A DNA stretch of 64,000 nucleotides from NCBI RefSeq assembly GCF_006345805.1, contig NC_043020.1, forward strand, positions 18,042,001 to 18,106,000, written 5' to 3'. The notes under the pieces were generated by a model that was given only the letters and a program-made list of their open reading frames with translations, did no database searches and had not been told where the DNA came from. Shown here in pieces: positions 63,845 through 64,000 of the stretch (position 1 is the stretch's first letter; each line of letters opens with the position of its first letter). Origin of the DNA: Octopus sinensis (taxonomy: Eukaryota). The position numbers and the translations under genes are program-made.

Positions 63845-63923
63845 CTTTAGTTTGGCGCCGCCGAAATTTGACATGGTTAACATTCAGCAAATTCATACCA
63901 TAAAGATTGTAATCGATAAACAT
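63845..63923 (-). CDS. REV3L: REV3L-like exon (N-terminal domain), 79 nt, phase 0 to 1; upstream exons lie outside the window
   Basis: ttcag|ATG...AAA G|gtaag; encodes MFIDYNLYGMNLLNVNHVKFRRRQTK, matching human REV3L LFIDYNLYGMNLINLAAVKFRKARRK (recalled). Confidence 0.95.
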
Positions 63924-64000
63924 CTGAAAAATAAAATTTATGAACGCTTGTTGAGAGAGAGGCATAAATAAAATCATTATAGACAAGTCATGGGAATAGA

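Overview
AT-rich eukaryotic DNA crowded with SINEs, MITEs and microsatellites. The repeat families and style point to an octopus (coleoid cephalopod) genome; this is an inference. The main gene is on the minus strand and is REV3L-like (DNA polymerase zeta catalytic subunit). I could rebuild ten phase-consistent GT-AG exons from 63923 down to 39038, including a 6,673-bp giant exon that ends just after a REV7-binding-type PxxxPP motif; the first exons lie beyond the right edge. I found no exon for the second REV7-binding motif, the exonuclease-like, polymerase or Cys-rich C-terminal domains in the 39 kb downstream. Instead there is an in-frame stop 7 codons past the last donor, a ~3.3-kb SINE-free UTR-like stretch with AATAAA, and then short exons of an unidentified plus-strand gene (about 19-38 kb). 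Between 15.4 and 17.5 kb are three type I hammerhead-ribozyme motifs with an intact catalytic core, in Penelope-like elements. The rest is tRNA-derived SINEs, piggyBac/hAT/mariner-type MITEs, two Helitron-like elements, an RTE LINE relic, foldback palindromes, a 670-bp tandem duplication and a tRNA-Thr-like relic. All comparisons with human REV3L and repeat families are from memory; no database search was run.
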